DNA from: Candidatus Bathyarchaeia archaeon
GTDB lineage: Archaea > Thermoproteota > Bathyarchaeia > Bathyarchaeales > Bathycorpusculaceae
Direction of reading: 5' to 3'
Length of the DNA stretch: 64,000 nucleotides
NCBI GenBank assembly: GCA_037481775.1
Contig: JBBFKZ010000003.1
Location: 81,826 to 145,825 of the forward strand
Shown here piece after piece: positions 58,520 to 64,000 of this stretch. The notes under the pieces are model-generated. The model saw nothing but the letters and a program-made list of their open reading frames with translations, did no database searches and was not told the DNA's origin. How positions within the stretch are numbered: position 1 is the stretch's first letter; every line of letters starts with the position of its first letter. Both the position numbers and the translations under genes were made by a program.

Positions 58520-58774
58520 TACGCATCATCAACTAAGAGCATTGCAGCTTATGGTAAAAAATGTATCGAGAACAACTACGCGCGTCTGCATTCTAGCGTA
58601 TATTAATTCTAAGACTACCCTGCAGCTTCTACGCAACTGTTGCCGCGATAGCCCCTCTATAGGTTTCTGCAATGAATCGCTAATAGGCGCCAAATATGAA
58701 GCTACAAACACGCCAAAACATCACCAACAAACCATGCGCAAACGACAAAAAAGCATGCTTAAGTGGACACTGCA

Positions 58775-60469
58775 TTATTCACTTTTGTATCGACCTTTCT
58801 TTGAGAACTGCCGCTCATAAATTCGCCTAACCGTCTCGATAGTATCTGCCTCCTCCGGCGTCTTATCATCTCGTATGCGGATTATACGCGCAAACCTAAG
58901 CGCCAAACCAGATCGATACTTCGGGCTTCTCTGAACTTCATTAAAGGCAACCTCAACCACAACCCGCGGAAGCACCTCCACACGGTTGCCCTCCTCACGC
59001 ACAGCCAACGTCTTAAGCCGCTTCGTCATCTCAGCTAACTCCGCATCCGTTAGACCCTTAAACGTCTTACCCACATTCAAAAACTCGCCTCCGGCAACAT
59101 CCCACGCAGCCAAATAATAATCCGAAAGCCACCCATGCCGACGCCCATACCCATATTCAGCCGCCGTAATCACCAAATCCAACGTCTCCAACACAGGCTT
59201 AATCTTAAACCAACGCTTCCCACGCGCCCCAGGCAAATAAGGACTATCAAGTTTCTTCGCCATCAACCCCTCATGCCCGGCATCCATGGCCTCCTTCAAA
59301 AACGCCTCTGCCACATCCACGCTGCTAGTAACAGCTTGCTTGGTTAACGGTATCTCTCCAGCAGCCTTTGCCAATAGCCGCCGACGCTGCACATACGGAA
59401 GCGAAATCAGGCTTTCCCCGTCCAGATAAAGAACATCAAACAAGTAAAGCCTAACAGGAATCTTCTCAGCGGCATCTTGCACTCCATGAACACGCCTAAA
59501 CCTACGCATCAAATGCTGAAAAGGAATAGGACTGCCGCTACGATCTACAGCAATAACCTCACCCTCCATAATGGCTTCATTCGCCTTAACATTAGCTCTA
59601 ACAGCCTCAACAACCTCAGGAAGACTCCGAGTCACATCAGTAAGCCTCCGACTGAAAACACGTACCACATCGTCGCGCTTATGAATCTGAACCCGCGCTC
59701 CATCATACTTATACTCCAAAGCTGTTTCGCCACCATGCTCCGCCAAAGCCTCAGCAACACCACCTGCCATCTGAGCCAACATCAGCGCCACAGGCCTAAA
59801 AACTCGAAAACCAAACTGCTCCAACCGCGCCCTGCCCTCAGTCTTCGCCAACGCAGCCACTTCAGCAATGTCGCCAAGCGCCATGCTTGCCTTCTGCACC
59901 GTCGCCAACGGAACATCAAAAGCCCGCGCAACCGCCTGCTCCATCAACCCCTCATGCAATCCAGTACGCATCTCGCCAATGAAAAGCTTCACTAAATACT
60001 TAATCTCCAAAGGCGAAGCCTGACTAAAAAGCGTCATCATCAAACGCTCCTTCTTTTCCCTTGAACCCGAACCAGCAACATCAGCAATAGACTCAAGTAA
60101 ACGCCTAACCTCAAGAATCGTCAACACCTTGTCTAGCAGCAGCGCTTGCTTCTTCACAGCGGTTTTTTCAAAAACAACCTTCGCCGCAGCGCCAACATCC
60201 CCAGTGCCCGCGAAAGCCTCATGGAAAACACTCCAGCCAGCGCCCGTTAACCGCTGAAGCACCCCGCGGAGAGTTGCCCAACTTACATCCAAAGTCTTCT
60301 GGCTCCACTTCGGAAACGCCCGCCCAAGAATCATAGACACCGCAGGCTCCACCTCCTCCGCTTCTAGTCGCTTCAAAAAATCAACCGCCAACTCAACTAT
60401 CTCCAACCGTTTCTTAGTAGCCTCTACCTTTTCAAGCAGAAACGCCAAAGACTCAAAAAGCATCGCCAT
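58775..60469 (-). CDS. lig: ATP-dependent DNA ligase
   Basis: EYKYDG, EGE, FDVL, EGLMAK, WFKIK, ALRFAR. Confidence 0.95.
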   Translation of the reverse strand: MAMLFESLAFLLEKVEATKKRLEIVELAVDFLKRLEAEEVEPAVSMILGRAFPKWSQKTLDVSWATLRGVLQRLTGAGWSVFHEAFAGTGDVGAAAKVVFEKTAVKKQALLLDKVLTILEVRRLLESIADVAGSGSREKKERLMMTLFSQASPLEIKYLVKLFIGEMRTGLHEGLMEQAVARAFDVPLATVQKASMALGDIAEVAALAKTEGRARLEQFGFRVFRPVALMLAQMAGGVAEALAEHGGETALEYKYDGARVQIHKRDDVVRVFSRRLTDVTRSLPEVVEAVRANVKANEAIMEGEVIAVDRSGSPIPFQHLMRRFRRVHGVQDAAEKIPVRLYLFDVLYLDGESLISLPYVQRRRLLAKAAGEIPLTKQAVTSSVDVAEAFLKEAMDAGHEGLMAKKLDSPYLPGARGKRWFKIKPVLETLDLVITAAEYGYGRRHGWLSDYYLAAWDVAGGEFLNVGKTFKGLTDAELAEMTKRLKTLAVREEGNRVEVLPRVVVEVAFNEVQRSPKYRSGLALRFARIIRIRDDKTPEEADTIETVRRIYERQFSKKGRYKSE

Positions 60470-60574
60470 AACCCTTAACCTGAAAACTCCTAAATACACT
60501 CGCGTTAATTACATAGGCGAATTCGAGGTAAAAAAGGTGAACGGTAGACGACGCTGACGAAACACGAAAAACGT

Positions 60575-60949
60575 TTAGAAACTGCTCTCGAGCTTTGCTT
60601 TAACCTCTTTAATCCGCTTATCCAGCTCCTCAACCTTCGCAGCGTTTCCCAAAGCTCTGTAACAGTCTCTTGCAAAATCTAAAGCACTCAAACCGAAACG
60701 GTCATAGCCCTTCTCAAAAGAAAGCTCCGCAGACCGCATAAACGCCTCAGCAGCGCTCTCATATTCCTTCAGGCTAAAGTTGCACTCGCCAGCCTTGTAA
60801 AGCATAGTTGTAGCATCAAAAAAATTCTGCTTCTTTCTATAAAGCTCAGCAGTCCTCAAGAAAAGCTCACGTGCCTCCACAAACTTGCCAGCATCAAAGA
60901 GGTTATTCGCATCCTTATGCATCTTAACCGGGTCTTCTTTTTCACTCAT
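60575..60949 (-). CDS. TPR-like helical repeat protein
   Basis: Repeating A..F...AE.Y and KAGEC helices. Confidence 0.7.
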   Translation of the reverse strand: MSEKEDPVKMHKDANNLFDAGKFVEARELFLRTAELYRKKQNFFDATTMLYKAGECNFSLKEYESAAEAFMRSAELSFEKGYDRFGLSALDFARDCYRALGNAAKVEELDKRIKEVKAKLESSF

Positions 60950-61076
60950 AACCTTTCAACTCATAGGCTATATCAAGCAACGCACTCCAATTTAGATTTT
61001 CCCCTCAAGGCAACATGAAAAACATAGAGTTAAAAATAACACAAACCAAATAACAACTATAAAAGTGGGGATACAC

Positions 61077-61616
61077 ATGAACACGGAGAAAAACACTTTC
61101 AAAACACCACTTAAATTAACGATAGCAACAATCTTTGCCGCACTAGTGTTCATAGTAACCTCACAGATTCCACCCATACCCATACCAGCCACATCAGGCT
61201 ACTTCAACATTGGAGAAACAACAATCTACATCGCAGCATTGCTTTTCGGTTCCTTCGTAGGCGCACTTTCAGGCGGAGTAGGCGCTGGGTTAGCAGACAT
61301 CTACTTAGGCTTCGGCGTATTCGCACCAGCCACGCTGGTAATCAAAGGCATAGAAGGCGCAATCGTAGGCTTTCTAAATCAGAAACTCAAAAAATACACA
61401 CCAAACACCACCGTCTGCGCCATCATCTCAGTTACAGCAGGCGGATTATCGATGGTCACAGGCTATTTCCTATATGAGCAGCTTGTTCTAGGCTACCCCC
61501 TTGCTTTGGCGCTAGCAGAAGTACCGTTCAACATTGTACAAATGCTCATAGGCTTAGCAATCGCAGTGCCAATCATGCACGCAGTGCTACGCGTTTTCCC
61601 ACAACTTAAAAGCTAG
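61077..61616 (+). CDS. ECF transporter S component
   Basis: GYFNIGE, GAGLADI, PATLVIKG, NIVQ. Confidence 0.88.
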   Translation: MNTEKNTFKTPLKLTIATIFAALVFIVTSQIPPIPIPATSGYFNIGETTIYIAALLFGSFVGALSGGVGAGLADIYLGFGVFAPATLVIKGIEGAIVGFLNQKLKKYTPNTTVCAIISVTAGGLSMVTGYFLYEQLVLGYPLALALAEVPFNIVQMLIGLAIAVPIMHAVLRVFPQLKS

Positions 61617-61645
61617 AGATACAACATTCTATCCTGTGAAACAAA

Positions 61646-62653
61646 ATGAAGCTGCCGCCTGGAAAAATCCCCATTGACATACTAAAAGAAGTTGTTTTCA
61701 AAAACCTAGGCGCCGAACGCAAAGAAGTCACCGTAGGTCCCGCAGCCGGAATCGACGGCGCAGTGCTAGACCTTGAAAACAACTCGCTAATCGTCTCCAT
61801 GGACCCCATAACCGGCGCGGTTGAGCGCATAGGCTGGCTAGCCGTTAACGTAAACGCTAATGACGTAGCCACCTTCGGCGTTGAGCCCGCCTTCCTATTC
61901 TCATGCATGCTGCTTCCAGAAAATGCAGACAGAGCGCTCGTAGAAGCCATAAGCATCCAGATGAACACGGCAGCTAAAGACTTGGGCATAGCCATAGTAG
62001 GCGGACACTGTGAGTCAACGCCAGGCTTAGCAAACCCAATAGTTGTCGGCTGCATAATGGGCGTAACAGAAAAAGGCCGCTACGTAACCGCAGGCGACGC
62101 AAAAGCAGGAGACAAACTCATACTAACAAAAAGCGCGGGCATCGAAGGCACAGCCATCCTAGCCACAGATAGAGAACACACACTTAAACAGGTCATAAAC
62201 ACGCAGACGCTGCAAGCAGCAAAAAACTTCTACAAGCAAATAAGCGTGGTAAAAGACGCCTTAACCGCCTACAGGACAGGCGGAGTCCACGCCATGCACG
62301 ACCCAACCGAAGGCGGAGTAGCCGGCGGCATTCATGAAATGGCAGACGCCGCAAACCTAGGCGTGAAAATTTTCAGAGAAGCCATTCCAGTTCAGCTTGA
62401 AACAGCACAAATCTGCAGCCACTTCCAAATTGACCCACTACAGCTAATCAGTTCAGGCGCACTACTCATAGCCGCAGAAACAAAAAGTACTGACGCAATA
62501 ATCAGCAACCTAAAGCGTGAACAAATCCAGGCGTCAATAATTGGGGAATTCACAGAAAACACAAACCAACGAATACTCATAGAAAAGCACGGAGAGCCCA
62601 CTGTCTTGCCGAAGCCTCTATCGGATCACCTTTGGCTTGCGTTGAGACGTTAA
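61646..62653 (+). CDS. AIR synthase-related (PurM/HypE/ThiL family) protein
   Basis: DPITG, NANDVA, GGHCE, MHDPTEGG. Confidence 0.88.
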   Translation: MKLPPGKIPIDILKEVVFKNLGAERKEVTVGPAAGIDGAVLDLENNSLIVSMDPITGAVERIGWLAVNVNANDVATFGVEPAFLFSCMLLPENADRALVEAISIQMNTAAKDLGIAIVGGHCESTPGLANPIVVGCIMGVTEKGRYVTAGDAKAGDKLILTKSAGIEGTAILATDREHTLKQVINTQTLQAAKNFYKQISVVKDALTAYRTGGVHAMHDPTEGGVAGGIHEMADAANLGVKIFREAIPVQLETAQICSHFQIDPLQLISSGALLIAAETKSTDAIISNLKREQIQASIIGEFTENTNQRILIEKHGEPTVLPKPLSDHLWLALRR

Positions 62654-63400
62654 GAGGCCTCTGGCGCCGTGAATTGAAAGCTGAAGAAACCACTGGATCA
62701 TAAAAATCGGATAATAAAAGATGTAGGAGTAAATATGTGAATAAAGCACGCCGCATCTGAAATCAACAATAGCTTGGGAAACGCCATTCTGCAAGCGCCA
62801 GTTCGCCGGCGGCTTAAAATGTAAACAGTAAATTTCGTCACCAACCACGATTTTGTATCCTTTCTCTTTTATCCAATTGACTATGTATGCGTCTTCGTAA
62901 GCATGCAGCTGCTCAGGAATATGAATGCCCTCAACAGCCTCGCGGCGAATAAGCGTATCATGCATTCCGCCTCTTACGCAGAAGCATTGTCTGGCGATAA
63001 GACTCTGCAATTTTAGAATGTGCTTATCCTTCATGTTGGGGATTACGTCGATGTTCACGCCCCAAACTGCGCCCACGTCTGCGGCCAAGTGCGCCTCCGC
63101 CTTTCTGAACCAACCTCTGCTAAGGACCACATCGCTATCAACAAACATGAACCAGTCCGTGGTGACCTGCTGAATGCCTTTCTCTCTTGCACGCGCTCTT
63201 GTGCCCTCTAGGGTTAGAACTTTAATGTTCCCATACTTCTTATCGGCTTCTTCCACGATTCTTAAGGTTCGGTCAGTTGAAAAGCCATCAACTACTATCA
63301 GGTTTTTAACAGGCACGTTTCGATATATCGATGCCAAACACCTTTCCAGCAGGTGCTCGCTATTCTTTGTAAGCACCACAACATCTATCGACTGCGCCAT
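62618..63400 (-). CDS. Glycosyltransferase family 2
   Basis: VVVLTKNSE, VDGFSTDRT, VDSD, YED. Confidence 0.9.
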   Translation of the reverse strand: MAQSIDVVVLTKNSEHLLERCLASIYRNVPVKNLIVVDGFSTDRTLRIVEEADKKYGNIKVLTLEGTRARAREKGIQQVTTDWFMFVDSDVVLSRGWFRKAEAHLAADVGAVWGVNIDVIPNMKDKHILKLQSLIARQCFCVRGGMHDTLIRREAVEGIHIPEQLHAYEDAYIVNWIKEKGYKIVVGDEIYCLHFKPPANWRLQNGVSQAIVDFRCGVLYSHIYSYIFYYPIFMIQWFLQLSIHGARGLLTSQRKPKVIR

Positions 63401-64000
63401 CGTACCACTTCGACCATTTCCTTTTATCTAAAGCTCATTTTGATTAACGGTAATTTATGAAGCTGAAGAGAAAATAAGAGTTTACCCAGATTTATCCTGA
63501 AACTCGCGGAATGAACGTTATCTGCGCCGTTGGTTCTTCTTGTTGGCAAAAAGCTGGTAAAGCGAGTACGCAGTGTAGAAGCCGTAAGCAAGCGTTAATT
63601 TAGCCAGCAAAGTTAATTTGCCAACGCTGATGGCATCCGATATTATGCTTAAGCTTCCGCGAAGGGTCCAAACACTTTCAGGGCGGTAATGAATACAGAA
63701 GGGGCTATAGCACGCAACCAGCTTGTAGCCTTTCCGCGTTATCCAATCCATGATATAGGCATCCTCAAAAACATGAAGGACCTTCGGGATTTTTATGTCT
63801 CTAATCGCGTCTGTGCGGATAAGAGTGTCATGTGTTCCTCCTCTGATGTCAAATATTTTGCGCGTTATCCACAAAAACAGCTTGAGAACAAGGGGATTTT
63901 TGAGAGTAGACCAAACTTCAATTCCCCAAACTGCGCCCACGTCTGCGGCCAAGTGCGCCTCCGCCTTTCTGAACCAACCTCTGCTAAGGACCACATCGCT
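63060..64000 (+). repeat. Exact 77-bp direct repeat (63060-63136 and 63924-64000, second copy runs to the edge)
   Basis: Base-by-base identity between the two GT2 genes. Confidence 0.9.
63518..64000 (-). CDS. Glycosyltransferase family 2 paralogue (5' end outside window)
   Basis: GGTHDTLIR, FEDAYI, CIHY; parallels the neighbouring GT2. Confidence 0.85.
   Translation of the reverse strand, partial: SDVVLSRGWFRKAEAHLAADVGAVWGIEVWSTLKNPLVLKLFLWITRKIFDIRGGTHDTLIRTDAIRDIKIPKVLHVFEDAYIMDWITRKGYKLVACYSPFCIHYRPESVWTLRGSLSIISDAISVGKLTLLAKLTLAYGFYTAYSLYQLFANKKNQRRR

Noticed and set aside
60575-60949. Alpha-SNAP-like eukaryotic signature protein
   Set aside because: Cannot be distinguished from a generic TPR by eye, and it is too short.
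63060-64000. 77-bp repeat as a diversity-generating retroelement TR/VR pair
   Set aside because: The copies are identical with no adenine-specific differences, and there is no reverse transcriptase in the window.

Overview
This is an archaeal chromosomal segment, most likely Candidatus Bathyarchaeia (inferred from eL22, a Tes-family radical SAM enzyme, the hisG type and a Bathyarchaeia-style integrase tail; no searches were run). From left to right it holds: cobalamin uptake/salvage genes (btuFCD, cobZ, cobS, cobY) interrupted by a glycosyltransferase / UbiA / tetraether-synthase-like lipid cluster; a decaying viral packaging cassette (frameshifted terminase plus frameshifted ABC-ATPase-GNAT, 13.1-17.0 kb); secreted Cys-protease-fold genes; nrdR-nrdD-nrdG; arsB; eL22; the hisGDCBHAFI operon with a structured leader; a box C/D sRNA; initiator tRNA-Met; rpl24e/rps28e/rpl7ae; speB; xpb-bax1; a complete type I-B CRISPR-Cas locus (35 repeats, 34 spacers) ending in a decayed tyrosine integrase; two moeA genes; DNA ligase; and tandem GT2 genes. 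The most unusual signal is a set of kilobase-scale domains with extreme G+T versus A+C strand asymmetry that ignores gene direction and flips polarity near a perfect 20-bp palindrome at about 17 kb.
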